Below are positions 29,248 through 39,824 of a stretch of DNA of 64,000 nucleotides, piece by piece. The notes below the pieces were generated by a model. The model was given only the letters and a program-made list of their open reading frames with translations. It made no database searches and was not told the origin of the DNA. Every line of letters starts with the position of its first letter. The first letter of the stretch is position 1. Both the position numbers and the translations under genes were made by a program. Origin of the DNA: Myxococcales bacterium (lineage in GTDB: Bacteria; Myxococcota_A; Polyangia; Polyangiales; DASUME01); contig JASGJH010000001.1 in NCBI GenBank assembly GCA_047601445.1, forward strand, positions 1,120,001 to 1,184,000, in the 5' to 3' direction.

Positions 29248-29874
29248 TCAGCCGAACTTCGGCTGCGTGCTCTGCCAGGACTCGAGGGCCTCGATGGACT
29301 GCAGCCAGCGCATCACGTGCGCGAAAGGCGCCAGCGGCACCTGTGCCGGAATGCGATACATGAGTGTGCAGGCCAGCGACAGGTCGGCCACCGTGAGGCG
29401 CTCACCGGTCACGAAGGGACGCTCCGCGAGTTGCTCGTCAAGCACAGCGCCGAAGCGCGTGAGCTCCGTGCGAGCGTGCGCGAGCTTCTGTTCGTCGGGC
29501 GTGCCATTACCCGTGAACACCTTCTTCAGCAGGTTTTCCCAGTTGAACGTGCCGACCGCCGGCGCGAAGTGGGCCAGGTTCCAACACTGCCAGCGCAGGA
29601 CGTCGGCGCGACCGCGTTCGTCGCGGGGCAAGAGTCCCGCATCGGGCTTTTTGGTCGCCAGGTACTGCATGATCGCGTTCGATTCCCAGAGCGTGAAGTC
29701 CCCGTCGACCAGCGTGGGGATCTTGCGATTGGGGTTGAGCGTGCCGTACTCGGCCGTCGTCAAGTCGCCTCGCTTGAAGTCGATCACAATCTCCTCTGCA
29801 CTGAGACCGAGTTGACGCAGGGTGACAATGGCGCGGCGCCCATTGGGCGATGCATTGTGGTAGTAGAGCTTCAT
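29248..29874 (-). CDS. Glutathione S-transferase
   Basis: LNPNRKIPTL, LWESNAIMQYL and TVADL motifs. Confidence 0.95.
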   Translation of the reverse strand: MKLYYHNASPNGRRAIVTLRQLGLSAEEIVIDFKRGDLTTAEYGTLNPNRKIPTLVDGDFTLWESNAIMQYLATKKPDAGLLPRDERGRADVLRWQCWNLAHFAPAVGTFNWENLLKKVFTGNGTPDEQKLAHARTELTRFGAVLDEQLAERPFVTGERLTVADLSLACTLMYRIPAQVPLAPFAHVMRWLQSIEALESWQSTQPKFG

Positions 29875-29897
29875 CGCAGTTCCTCCACGGTTCGAGA

Positions 29898-30212
29898 TCA
29901 CGTCGCACCCTTTCTAGCCTGACGCGCTTCGCGTTCCAGGCGCAGCTTGCGCTGCTCGGGCGTCTCCGACACCTTGCGGAGCGCTGCGACACGCTCGCTG
30001 AATTCGTCGGCACCGATTTCCCCCAAAGCGTAGCGATCGGCGAGCACCTTCATGGCGCCGAGCGTGGTTTCGTCGGGCGAAGGGAAGGCCACGTCGTACC
30101 ACCAGGGCTTGCCACCGGCGCTGCGACCGAACGCGGCGCCGCTCGCAACCCCGAGCCCGTAGCCCAGCAGAAGCGCGGTCGCGACGATGGCGAGAAAGAT
30201 CCAAATGCTCAT
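29898..30212 (-). CDS. Small membrane protein with SHOCT domain
   Basis: N-terminal TM helix and AMKVLADRYALGEIGADEFSERVAAL. Confidence 0.8.
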   Translation of the reverse strand: MSIWIFLAIVATALLLGYGLGVASGAAFGRSAGGKPWWYDVAFPSPDETTLGAMKVLADRYALGEIGADEFSERVAALRKVSETPEQRKLRLEREARQARKGAT

Positions 30213-30252
30213 GGAACTGGCTTCGACGACGAGGGTGGAAGGGATCATGGCG

Positions 30253-30296
30253 GTCAACCTAAGCTTGACGCCGCGGCTCGTCAAGTTAAGATTGAC
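30253..30296. promoter_or_regulatory. Twin GTCAA-N7-TTGAC operators overlapping divergent sigma70 promoters
   Basis: GTCAACCTAAGCTTGAC (30253-30269) and GTCAAGTTAAGATTGAC (30280-30296). TTGACG-N16-TAAGAT on + and TTGACG-N17-TAGGTT on -. Confidence 0.75.
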
Positions 30297-30299
30297 AGC

Positions 30300-30605
30300 G
30301 TGACGTCGAAGCTCGATAAGCCACGACAACGCATGCGCGAGCTGCTCACGCGCACGCTGGAAGACCAAGACGCGCTCACGGCGTTGGCCGCCGCACGCGA
30401 CCTACGCCTCCTGCTGTATGAGTGGGAGGGCGTGTTGGCTCGCAAGGGCGTCGCGGACGGATCTTCGTGGGAGGAGGTCGGATCGCTGCTCGGCGTCAGC
30501 CGTCAAGCGGCGTGGACGCGCTACAAAGACCCCACCCCGGAGACCCCAGCGATCCGCGAGGCGCGCGAGCGCGTGGCGAAGGCACGCAACCGTTCCTCGG
30601 AGTGA
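30300..30605 (+). CDS. Small HTH transcriptional regulator
   Basis: GSSWEEVGSLLGVSRQAAWTRY HTH. GTG start lies immediately after the operator. Confidence 0.8.
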   Translation: MTSKLDKPRQRMRELLTRTLEDQDALTALAAARDLRLLLYEWEGVLARKGVADGSSWEEVGSLLGVSRQAAWTRYKDPTPETPAIREARERVAKARNRSSE

Positions 30606-30800
30606 ACGCCTGCCGAGCGTCGAGCGCGACGGTCGCCACCAAAATCTGAACGCCATTAGTGAGAGGCACCCAACATTTCGGGGCCTGAATCGCCCGGAGT
30701 TGGCTCATACATCGCCGAGTTAGCGGTGGCTTTGAAGCGCTACCAAGGGTACGCATGGAGCATCGCTCGAGCGCTTGCCGAGGACCGAAGTCCAAACCAA

Positions 30801-32592
30801 ATGATCGAAGTATCAAATCGAATTCCACTTGTCGTTTGCCTGCTGACAGCCCTCTTCGCGCCCGCCTGTCAATACCACCAGCCAGTGATCGAGGAAGGCG
30901 AGCTCCAGCCGTCCGAGTCGGAGTCGGAGTCGGAGTCGGAGTCCTTTGCAAAGGCGAAGACTCCCAAGCCAGACGTGCCTCCGGTTGACCCCGACGACGT
31001 GGACGTCGCGACCGATGGCCGACCCAACGTGCTCGTGGTGCTGCTCGACGACCTCGGGTACTCCGATTTCGGAACCTACGGCGGCGAGATTCGCACCCCC
31101 AACATCGACGGGCTGGCACTGAAGGGCACGCGCTTCCGCAACTACTACGTGACGCCGCGCTGCAGCCCCACACGCGCCTCGTTGCTCACTGGCCAGTACG
31201 CGCAGCAGGTGACCACGGACCCAGGTGGCTCGCTGCCGCCCTTGCGCAGCGACAACAACGCGACCGTGCCCGAGCTACTTTCCGCGGCGGGCTACCGCAC
31301 GTACATGGCCGGCAAGTGGCACCTCGGGAGCGCCGACGATCAGGTACCGCGGATGCGTGGCTTCGATCACGCATTCGGCTTCGGACCGCGAGCGGCCGGC
31401 GTCGACGGCAGCAAGTGGGACAAGAACCAATATGGTTTCGTCTCCAAGGACAACGAAATCCCCGCGCGCATCTACGGCAACGCTCCCAAGGATTTCTACC
31501 AGTCCCGGGCCATCGCAGACTACGCGCTCGACTACCTGAGCCATCACGCGGCCAAGAACGACGGCGCGCCCTTCTTCATGTACCTGTCCTTCAACGACCC
31601 CCACTTTCCGATTCAAGCGGACAGGGCCATGGCCGAGCGTGTGCCAGCGGGTGGGCAATCGTACATCGACTTCTACGCCAAGGGCTGGCAGGAAGCCCGC
31701 AGCCAGCGCTATCAACGCATGCTGGACCAAGGGGTGATCGATTCGAGCTTTGCGCTCTCGCCCACCGAGCCCTTCGAGTGGCCCGTACAGACCATCCCGA
31801 ATTGGAGCACGCTCTCGGTGGACCAACAGGCGGAATCTGGCGCGCAAGATGGCGCTCTATGCGGCATCCGTGGAGGCCGTGGACGAGGCGGTCGGTCGTG
31901 TGGTCGCCCGCCTCAAAGCGATGGGCCAGTTCAGGAACACGCTGATCTTGGTGCAGTCCGACAACGGCGGAACCAACGAGGGCGGCGTTGTCGGCACTGC
32001 CTTCGGATTGCCGGATCCTCTCACGGGGCAACGGCTTCTCGACATGGGGCAGCCGAACGTCGCTGACAATATCCAGGTCGGTGGCGGCTGGGGCAGTCTT
32101 CAGAACACGCCCTTCCGACTGTTCAAGCGCTACACCCATGGTGGCGGCGTGCGCTCGCCGCTCGTGGTGTCTTGGCCCGCCAAGTTCAAGAATCGCGGAG
32201 GCTGGACGAATCAGGTCGCCCACGTCATCGACATTGCGCCAACCATCCTCGAGGCTGCCGAAGTAGAGCTCCCCGAGACCTTCGAGGGGCACACCATCCT
32301 GCCGTTCGAAGGGCGCTCGCTGATGCCGTCCCTGAATCGGCCCACCGCCACGCACACGCGCACGCTCGCCTTCGAACACGAGGGCAATCGCGCGTGGATC
32401 CACGGCAATTACAAACTCGTGGTGCGCCAGCGGTCAGGGGACCTGATCGAGCTCTTCGACCTGGACAGCGATCCCAGCGAGCTCGTCGATCTCTCCGCGG
32501 CGCAGCCCGCCCGCGTTACCAGGCTTGTAAACGCCTGGAACGAATGGGCGACCCGCGTCGGGTTGCCGGCCGACCGACAGATCTTCCATTGA
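30801..32592 (+). CDS. Arylsulfatase (Cys-type formylglycine sulfatase), lipoprotein, split by a 1-nt frameshift at ~31833
   Basis: PNVLVVLLDDLGYSD, RCSPTRASLLTG, GKWHLG; then in the next frame SDNG, NTPFRLFK and HVIDIAPT. Confidence 0.9.
30915..30943 (+). repeat. Hexamer microsatellite (GAGTCG)x4.8 encoding a poly-SE linker
   Basis: Direct tandem repeat inside the sulfatase linker. Confidence 0.85.
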
Positions 32593-32647
32593 CCGGCACG
32601 CGAGCGCGTCGCGCAGGCGAGCAACCGGTCCGCGGAGTGAATGTCCG

Positions 32648-34243
32648 CTAAGCGTTGGGCGCGACGGCTGCGTTGCTCGCGAGCACGGCAGCCTGCCGAA
32701 GCGCCGCGTGCAGCTCTTCCTCGGGATGGTCGGCGAGCTCCGCTGAGCGCCAAGCAATGTAGCCGTCGGGGCGCACCAACACGGCACCGCTCGCGCTCAG
32801 GCCAAAGGCCCCTGCGAAGGAGCCTGCTTCGCTGGCGGTCACGTCGATACCGATCCGCACGTGATCGATGCCGAGTGCGGCCGCGGCTGCAAACCAGCGT
32901 TCGTCCTCACTCAACACCAGCCACCCCCGCTGATAGAGATCCAAGCTGGAGATGCGCTCCTCGCCGCGCAGGAGCCACAGGTGCGGTGCGCGCGTGCCTG
33001 GCTGCCCACGCCACTGGTCTGGGCGCTGAGCAGCTGGCAGCTCGGGCCCCGCAGCAAGCACGATGCTCGAGCGGTAGAGCTGGCCGAACTCCATCGCATC
33101 GTCGTCGAAGATGATGCTCGTGCCGCCGCCCGCGTAGGCATGATCCGGGCGCGCAAAGATCTGGTCGTGACGCAGCCACGCGATGGGACGCCGCTCGGCG
33201 TCGTAGCTGTCGAGCAACTCGGGCGCGGATCTTCCCGAAAGCACCGCGGCGAGTTTCCAGGCCAGATTGTTAGCGTCGTCGATGCCGGTATTCGCACCGA
33301 ACCCCCCGCGATTGGGCGGCAGGGTGTGGGCGGCGTCACCCGCCAGGAACACGCGCCCTTCCGAGAAGCGATCGGCGATCAGACCGCTCACTTCCCAGCG
33401 CCCGGTGGCCACGATCTCCACGCTCAGATCCGCGATGCCAATCGCCTGGCGCACCCCCCTCTGAAGCGTGACCTCATCGCGCTCTTCGTCGTCCTGGAAC
33501 ATGAAGATGAAGCGACCATCCGGGTACTCACCCAGGAGTCCGCGCAAGTCCGGCTGTTCCACCGCAAACTGCACGATGGCCTGGCGACGCGCTTCGTCGA
33601 CCCGAGTACGCAGCTGCGGCGGGAGGGCAGCTCGGAACAGCACACTGCGCACGGGCGCCACGGTACCGCGTCCACTGCGGCGGATGCCCAGCGCTTCGCG
33701 CACGGGGCTGCGGCTCCCATCGGCGGCCACCACATACGACGCGCGTAGCTGGCTCGTCGTACCGTCCGCGCCGCGGATCTCCGCCGTGACTCCCGACGTG
33801 TCTTGCTCGAGATGAAGGAGCTGCGTGCTCATGCGAAGGTCCGCTCCGAGCTCGCGCGCCCGTTGACGCAGCAAGGGCTCGAGTTCGTCCTGCGCCATGC
33901 GCGCATTCGTATGCGGCGAGAAGCGCTTGCTCGGCGGCGCGGCGCCTGGCGTCCATGCCATCTCCTCGGTCCACTCAGCGGCCAAGGTCTGTACGCGCAC
34001 GCGACGCGGCTTGCTCGCACTCACCTCCGCCTGCGGGATCTGGTCACCCAGCCCGACGGACGCGAACAGCTCCATGGTGCGCGGCGTCCAGCCGACCGCG
34101 CGCGGATGGGGCGCGCTCCCCGGATGTTTCTCGACCAGCACCACCGGAACCCCCTGGGAGGTGAGGAAGATCGCAGTGGAGAGCCCTACTGGCCCGCCAC
34201 CCACCACCAGCACGGGATCACACAGAATTTTAGCCTGGGCCAC
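32648..34243 (-). CDS. FAD-dependent monooxygenase (PheA/TfdB/RdmE family)
   Basis: VVGGGPVG, AADG.RS, FLAGDAAH..PP..GFGANTG and LVRPDG motifs. Confidence 0.93.
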   Translation of the reverse strand: MAQAKILCDPVLVVGGGPVGLSTAIFLTSQGVPVVLVEKHPGSAPHPRAVGWTPRTMELFASVGLGDQIPQAEVSASKPRRVRVQTLAAEWTEEMAWTPGAAPPSKRFSPHTNARMAQDELEPLLRQRARELGADLRMSTQLLHLEQDTSGVTAEIRGADGTTSQLRASYVVAADGSRSPVREALGIRRSGRGTVAPVRSVLFRAALPPQLRTRVDEARRQAIVQFAVEQPDLRGLLGEYPDGRFIFMFQDDEERDEVTLQRGVRQAIGIADLSVEIVATGRWEVSGLIADRFSEGRVFLAGDAAHTLPPNRGGFGANTGIDDANNLAWKLAAVLSGRSAPELLDSYDAERRPIAWLRHDQIFARPDHAYAGGGTSIIFDDDAMEFGQLYRSSIVLAAGPELPAAQRPDQWRGQPGTRAPHLWLLRGEERISSLDLYQRGWLVLSEDERWFAAAAALGIDHVRIGIDVTASEAGSFAGAFGLSASGAVLVRPDGYIAWRSAELADHPEEELHAALRQAAVLASNAAVAPNA

Positions 34244-34262
34244 GGGATACACCTCATCAACA

Positions 34263-34275
34263 AATACACTGTATT
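34263..34275. promoter_or_regulatory. Probable TetR operator
   Basis: Palindrome AATACA-C-TGTATT between the divergent monooxygenase and TetR genes. Confidence 0.55.
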
Positions 34276-34326
34276 GCATCAATACGGTTGTTGTCGAAGG
34301 GCGCAAGAGCGTTACAACCATGAGCC

Positions 34327-35067
34327 ATGGGCCGCCCGCCAGCGAAGAAGCGCACCAGCACTCTGGAAGCACCGCTCCCTATTTGGGAGCGACCCGAGCC
34401 CCCGAGCCGCCCGGCTCCCACACCGCTAAGCCGCGAGAGCATCGTGACTGCCGCCATGCGCCTGGCGGACCAGCAAGGTCTGAGCGCGGTTTCACTCCGC
34501 AACGTGGCCGCGGCGCTTCAAGCGGGGCCGATGCGCCTGTACGGCTACGTGGCCACGAAGGAAGAGCTGCTCGAGTTGATGGTCGATGCCGTATGGGGCG
34601 AGCTCGACGGCGCATTCCGAGGCGGCTGGCGCGAGGTGCTAAGCGAGATCGCGGAGCGCTTGCGCGCGACCCACCGCAAGCATCCCTGGTTCGTCAGCTT
34701 GCTTGGCGGCCGTCCTTCCTTCGGACCCCATGTGCTCGCACACCGGGAGGCGGCCTTCGCTGCGCTCTCCGAGTCGCCCGGCTTCGCGGATATCGACCTC
34801 GTGCTTCAGGCCTATCGGACGCTGCTCTCCTACGTGATCGGCGCGTTGCAAAGCGAGGATCACGAGCTGCGCGCCGAGCGCGAGAGCGGCCTCGCGGAAA
34901 GCGAGTGGCAGGCCGCGATGTGGCCCTACATGCGACGAACCATCGCCACGGGGCGTTATCCCGCGTTGGCGAGAGTGGTCAGTGAAGCCAGCCATCCGCC
35001 CGCCGAGGCTCTGTTCCAACTCGGGCTCGAGATGGTGCTCGACGGCATCGCCGCGCACATCCGCTGA
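34327..35067 (+). CDS. TetR/AcrR regulator with TetR_C domain
   Basis: LSRESIV.AA..LAD..GL.AVSLR.VA..L..GPMRLY.YV.TKEELL and HPW motif. Confidence 0.93.
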   Translation: MGRPPAKKRTSTLEAPLPIWERPEPPSRPAPTPLSRESIVTAAMRLADQQGLSAVSLRNVAAALQAGPMRLYGYVATKEELLELMVDAVWGELDGAFRGGWREVLSEIAERLRATHRKHPWFVSLLGGRPSFGPHVLAHREAAFAALSESPGFADIDLVLQAYRTLLSYVIGALQSEDHELRAERESGLAESEWQAAMWPYMRRTIATGRYPALARVVSEASHPPAEALFQLGLEMVLDGIAAHIR

Positions 35068-35294
35068 GCGCGCGACGCACGCGACGCCGCGACCAAGCAT
35101 CCCACGTTCGGGGGCGCCCCCTCGTGCCCGCTTTGCGTTCTCGCACCCGCAGGAATTCTTTCCTGTGGCGCACACCCGAGTCGGCGCGTCAGTACAAGGA
35201 GTACACGAAGTAACCGCATTTCGTTCGTTGGCCGTTGGTTCTAGCGCCTAGGCGCGACCTTGATCCCTTGCGAGCCCGCTCCCTGGGCGAGAGG

Positions 35295-36926
35295 ATGCAC
35301 ATGGCACGAGGGTGGTGGTCCATCAGCCAGCGGCTCGTGGTCTGGCATGCGGCGGCGCTCCTGCCGGCGCTCGGGTGCGCGTTACTGAGCCATGCCCCGC
35401 TGAAACAGGTCGCGAGGTGGCTGGGACTGCTCGCTGTCACCGGACTGTGGTCCCTGAGTTGGGGGCCCGTGCTGTTGCGCATGCACCTCCTCGTGGCCCG
35501 CACGCTGCTGGCGCTTGCGGGGATCTTGATGACGGCGTTCGTGCTGATCGCGTCGTTCCATCTGGTCGTCTACGATCAGTTGCCAGGCATCTCGGTGGTC
35601 TATGCGATCGCCGACTCCCATCCCTCGGAAGCCACTCAGTTCGTCGGGCTCATCTCGAGACCTTGGGCTTGGGTGGTAAGTCTCAGCGGCGCTGCGCTCG
35701 TGGCGGCACTGGGCTGGCGCTGTCAGCGGGCCCTGGAGGCACCGGGAGTTCCTCCGCCTCGGCCCGCGGTGGCGCTCACGGCCCTGGGGCTGATGCTCGG
35801 GCTTCCGTGGGCACTCTGGAGCCACCCGAGCTTCGTGCTCAGCCATCCGATCACCTTCGCGATCGCGACCGGCAAGGACGTCCTCAGCTACCGCGCGGAT
35901 TTGATGGCGGCGACCCCGGACTCACCGGCGCGGCTCGAGACCACGGTGAGATCTCCGCGGCGTCCGACCCGACACATTCTGATCTTGGGCGAGTCGCTCA
36001 CGTCGACGCACCTGCGCACGTGTGGCTACAGCCGCGAGACCACGCCCGAGATCGACCGGACGCGGCGGTTCGAACGCGTCGTCCTGTGCGACGCATGCTC
36101 TTCGCAAAACAACACGGCGCTGGCGCTGCGTGACGTCATGACGCCGCGTGGACGCTACGCCGAGTCGCCCTTCCTCTCGCGCCCGAACTTGATCTCCACG
36201 CTGCAGCGCAGTGCCTACCAGGTCTACTGGATCTCCAACCAAACCCTCCGCTATGACCCGCTCGAGTCGATGGCGTCCATCTGGTCCGGCTTTGCGGGTA
36301 CGCGCTGGTTCACCAACCTCGAGGGATACCAATACGACGGAGTGATGCTGCCGCGCGTGGAAAAGGCGCTGGTCGCGCGGGGCGACCGCAAGGTGGTGGT
36401 CCTCCACATGGCGGGCTCCCATCCGGCCTACGCGATGCGCTACCCGCCGACCTTCTCGCGCTGGAGCGCGGACGCCGCGGTGCCCTCCTCGGTGCCACGG
36501 CGCGGCGACCCCGAATTTCTGCGCGCGCCCTACAACGAGTATGACAACTCGGTGCTCTACACGGACCACGTGGTCGGCAAGGTGCTCGAGATCGCGGAGC
36601 GCTACGCGGTAGACAGCGTGACGTTCTTCTCCGACCACGGGCAAAACCTCGGCGAAAAGAGCGTCCACCTCGGGCACAGCGGTGAGACGGGTCCGCGCCA
36701 AGGTTACATGGTCCCGGTCTTCTTCTGGCTCAGCCCGGAGGCCGACGTGACCATGGAGCAGCGCACGCTGCTCGCGCACCATGCTGCGCTGCCGTTCCAA
36801 ACGGATCAGCTCTTCGCGACGCTCCTCGAGCTGTACGGCATCTCCACGGACGACGAGGCCCTGACGAACAGCTTGATGCGTGACGGCTACGCGCCCGTTC
36901 CGCGCGTATGCGACGGAATGGAGTAG
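35295..36926 (+). CDS. Phosphoethanolamine transferase (EptA/CptA-like)
   Basis: N-terminal TM helices. ILGES, GY.RETTP, NNT nucleophile, H..GSH, YDNS..YTD and SDHG motifs. Confidence 0.85.
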   Translation: MHMARGWWSISQRLVVWHAAALLPALGCALLSHAPLKQVARWLGLLAVTGLWSLSWGPVLLRMHLLVARTLLALAGILMTAFVLIASFHLVVYDQLPGISVVYAIADSHPSEATQFVGLISRPWAWVVSLSGAALVAALGWRCQRALEAPGVPPPRPAVALTALGLMLGLPWALWSHPSFVLSHPITFAIATGKDVLSYRADLMAATPDSPARLETTVRSPRRPTRHILILGESLTSTHLRTCGYSRETTPEIDRTRRFERVVLCDACSSQNNTALALRDVMTPRGRYAESPFLSRPNLISTLQRSAYQVYWISNQTLRYDPLESMASIWSGFAGTRWFTNLEGYQYDGVMLPRVEKALVARGDRKVVVLHMAGSHPAYAMRYPPTFSRWSADAAVPSSVPRRGDPEFLRAPYNEYDNSVLYTDHVVGKVLEIAERYAVDSVTFFSDHGQNLGEKSVHLGHSGETGPRQGYMVPVFFWLSPEADVTMEQRTLLAHHAALPFQTDQLFATLLELYGISTDDEALTNSLMRDGYAPVPRVCDGME

Positions 36927-37285
36927 AAGAAGCAGGGGCGCGCTCGACACCGCCGCAGTGATTGCCAGCAGGCGCCTCTGTGAGCCGGCTCGCGCGCTGG
37001 ACGGTCTCACCGTTGAGCTGCGGCGATATCGCGACGATTGATCGGGATAGAATGCAGACGTCTCCGAACGCTCCATCGTTGCGTATGCGAGAGCACGCGC
37101 GCGTCTCATAACTCGTCTCCCCAGGAGATTTGCGAGCGAACGTGGTTGCGGACTTTTGCCACGGTTCGATAGTCTCTTGAGGACGCAGGCGAGGACCTCC
37201 CTCGCGACGCGCGATGGGGATCGCGTTCTGTGTACAGTACGGGCGCGCCTGGAAGTTGAGCGCGCGCGGCTTCTTGTGGAGGAAC

Positions 37286-38323
37286 GTGTCGCGATCCAGG
37301 GCGATTCTCGCCGACGCTGGCCCAGCCGGGCGGCGACAACTCAAGACTGCCCTCACGGAGTCCGGCTTCGACGTTCTCGAAGCGCGCACCTTCGAAGAAG
37401 CTTCGGCTCTCGTGCGGCGGGACGTCACCGTCGCGGTCTGCGACGCCAATCTCACGGGGGATGACTGCGCTCAATTGGTGGAGAGGTGGGACGCGCGCCT
37501 GCCGGTGGCGCAGGTTCCTCTGGTCGTCGTCTCGGGCCAGCGTGCGCTTGCCGTACGCCTCAGCGCACTCCGTGCTGGCGCTTCCAATTTCGTGGTCAAG
37601 CCAGCCTCGGCGAGCCTGCTGCTCCGGAATGTGAGCTCGGGCACCCGTGTCATGCCGTGGGCAGCCCCCCGTAGAGTGCTGGTGGTCGATGACAGCGTCA
37701 CTTACGGACACGCCCTCGCCGAAGCCCTCTCGAACGACGGGCACGATGTGGTCCTCGCGGTTTCGGCACAGGAAGCGCGTGAGTATCTCAGCGTCGATCT
37801 GCCTGATCTGATCTTGCTCGACGTCTTCTTGCCCGACACCGACGGCATCGACCTCGCTCGGACGCTGCGCCGAGCCGACCCAACGAGTCAGCTGCCCATC
37901 ATGATGCTGACCGGTCGCGAGAACACGCTGATCAAGCAGCGCGCGAGCGAAGCCGGGGTGTCAGGCTTCGCGTCCAAGAACACGCCGCTCGGTGAGATCT
38001 GCGCCCAGGTCCAGAACCTCGCGCAGGGTGGCCTGGCGCCCCCCCCGAAGGCCAGCGCCGGCCGTGCCCCGACTCCCGCCACGACCACCGGCGGGCCGGT
38101 GCTGTTTGCGCGCGTGGTCGCCGCTTCGGGGCTTTCGGAGGTTCTGGGACGCTCGACCCTGGAGCTTGCGCTGAAGCGGGCCGGAGTCGATGTCGCCGGC
38201 CTCAATCCCGACGGACTTCGCGCCGCCATGCCTCACATCGAGCAAGCATTGAACACGTTTCTGCCGCAGTCGGAGATCCGCAAGCGGGTAATGGCGATCT
38301 CCGCGATCGCACGGGAAGGCTAG
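37286..38323 (+). CDS. Response regulator: two receiver domains plus an unknown helical C-terminal domain
   Basis: REC1 (VCDANL...FVVKP), REC2 (VLVVDDS...LLDVFLP...ASK), Pro/Ala linker, ~75-aa helical tail. GGAGG RBS before the GTG. Confidence 0.85.
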   Translation: MSRSRAILADAGPAGRRQLKTALTESGFDVLEARTFEEASALVRRDVTVAVCDANLTGDDCAQLVERWDARLPVAQVPLVVVSGQRALAVRLSALRAGASNFVVKPASASLLLRNVSSGTRVMPWAAPRRVLVVDDSVTYGHALAEALSNDGHDVVLAVSAQEAREYLSVDLPDLILLDVFLPDTDGIDLARTLRRADPTSQLPIMMLTGRENTLIKQRASEAGVSGFASKNTPLGEICAQVQNLAQGGLAPPPKASAGRAPTPATTTGGPVLFARVVAASGLSEVLGRSTLELALKRAGVDVAGLNPDGLRAAMPHIEQALNTFLPQSEIRKRVMAISAIAREG

Positions 38324-38331
38324 TCGAGCGA

Positions 38332-39822
38332 ATGAAGATGTTGTCGAAAAACGCCAGCTTCGGTCAGCAGATCGCCCTGGCGTTGGCTGTGATCGCGCTC
38401 CTCGGCGTGGTGAGCAACGTCATCGCGGTGTTCGCGCTTCGGTCCGTGGTCGACGCCAAGGATCAGGTCATCACGCAGAACGCCGAGACCCTGATCGCCA
38501 TCGAGACCGGTCGCGTGGCCCGCGAGCGTCGCGCCAAGCACGTGCGCAGCTTCGTGATTACCGGGAACGACAAGTTCGCCAAGCAGATGGCTGATGCGCG
38601 CGACGAGCTCCTGGCGAGCATCGAGCAGCTCACGGCGCGCGCGGAGACCGACAAAGAACGCGCGTTGGTCCGTCAGGTCGAGCTGGGGAACCAGGAAATG
38701 CAGGTCGCCTGGGACAAGCTCATCGATATGGTTCGATCTCACGCGTCCCAGGAAACCGTGGTGACCTACTTCGAGCAGCAGTCCAAGGGGGCCGTCGCGA
38801 ACCTCGACAAGGCCTTCGTGACGCTCAGCGAGTACGAGCGCGAGCGCCTCGCGGAAGCCCAGGCAGCGGCGTCTCGCAACGCGGAGAAGGTCGTGGAGAC
38901 GCTGGTCTTGAGCGGGATTGCGACCGCAGGGTTGGCGCTCGGCCTCGCGCTGTGGCTCTCGGGGGCGCTGCGCAGGAGGATCGGCGCCGCCGTGCAGGGA
39001 GTGCAGAGCTCCTCGACCGAGCTCGAGGCCGCCGCTCACCAGCAAGTGAGCAGCACCCAGGAGCTCACCAGCACCACCAACGAGATCACGGTCACCATCC
39101 GTGAGCTGCTCGCCACGGCGCGACAAATCGCCGAGAGCGCGCAGCGCGTTGTGCACATCGCCGAGGAGACCGGGGACAGCGCCCGCGTGGGCGATGCGAC
39201 CGTGCAGCGCACCCAGGAGGCCATCGGCCGCATCAAGGGCCAGGTCGACCAGATCGTGAATCGCATGATCGACCTCGGGCGCAAGTCTCAGCAGATCGGG
39301 GGCATCCTCGAGCTGATCAACGAGCTCGCGGAACAAACGAACATCCTTTCGATCAACGCGACCATCGAGGCCGCTGGGGCAGGCGAGGCGGGCAAGCGCT
39401 TCGCGGTGGTCGCAGACGAGATCCGGCGGCTCGCCGATCGGGTCAGCGGCTCCGCTCGCGAGATCCGCGCCTTGATCGACGAGATTCGGGCGGCGGCCAA
39501 CGCGACGGTGATGGCGACCGAAGACGGGTCGAAGTCGGTCGAAGTGGGGGCACGGCAGTTCAGCGAGGTACTCTCGACCTTCAAGGGCATCACCGACCGC
39601 GTCGCGGGGACCACGGACGCAGCCCGCGAGATCGAGCTCTCGACGAAGCAGCTGAGCACCGCGGTCGAGCAGCTCAACGTGGCCATCGGCGGCGTGGCCC
39701 AGGCTGCGCGCGAGACGCAGACGAGTTCCTCGCAAACGCTCGCCACCTGCTCGGAGCTGGCCAATGTCTCTCGCGGCTTGAGCTCGATGATCCGCGAAGT
39801 CTCTCACGGTCATGTGGCCTAG
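38332..39822 (+). CDS. Methyl-accepting chemotaxis protein (WspA-like)
   Basis: Two TM helices, helical periplasmic domain, [36 protein letters not shown]. Confidence 0.95.
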   Translation: MKMLSKNASFGQQIALALAVIALLGVVSNVIAVFALRSVVDAKDQVITQNAETLIAIETGRVARERRAKHVRSFVITGNDKFAKQMADARDELLASIEQLTARAETDKERALVRQVELGNQEMQVAWDKLIDMVRSHASQETVVTYFEQQSKGAVANLDKAFVTLSEYERERLAEAQAAASRNAEKVVETLVLSGIATAGLALGLALWLSGALRRRIGAAVQGVQSSSTELEAAAHQQVSSTQELTSTTNEITVTIRELLATARQIAESAQRVVHIAEETGDSARVGDATVQRTQEAIGRIKGQVDQIVNRMIDLGRKSQQIGGILELINELAEQTNILSINATIEAAGAGEAGKRFAVVADEIRRLADRVSGSAREIRALIDEIRAAANATVMATEDGSKSVEVGARQFSEVLSTFKGITDRVAGTTDAAREIELSTKQLSTAVEQLNVAIGGVAQAARETQTSSSQTLATCSELANVSRGLSSMIREVSHGHVA

Positions 39823-39824
39823 TC

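Noticed and set aside
31825..31840. Programmed ribosomal frameshift in the arylsulfatase
   Set aside because: No slippery heptamer or obvious stimulatory structure. Similar single-base breaks elsewhere point to sequence error.
35295..36926. mcr-like mobile colistin resistance gene
   Set aside because: A generic chromosomal phosphoethanolamine transferase with host-like GC and no mobile-element context.
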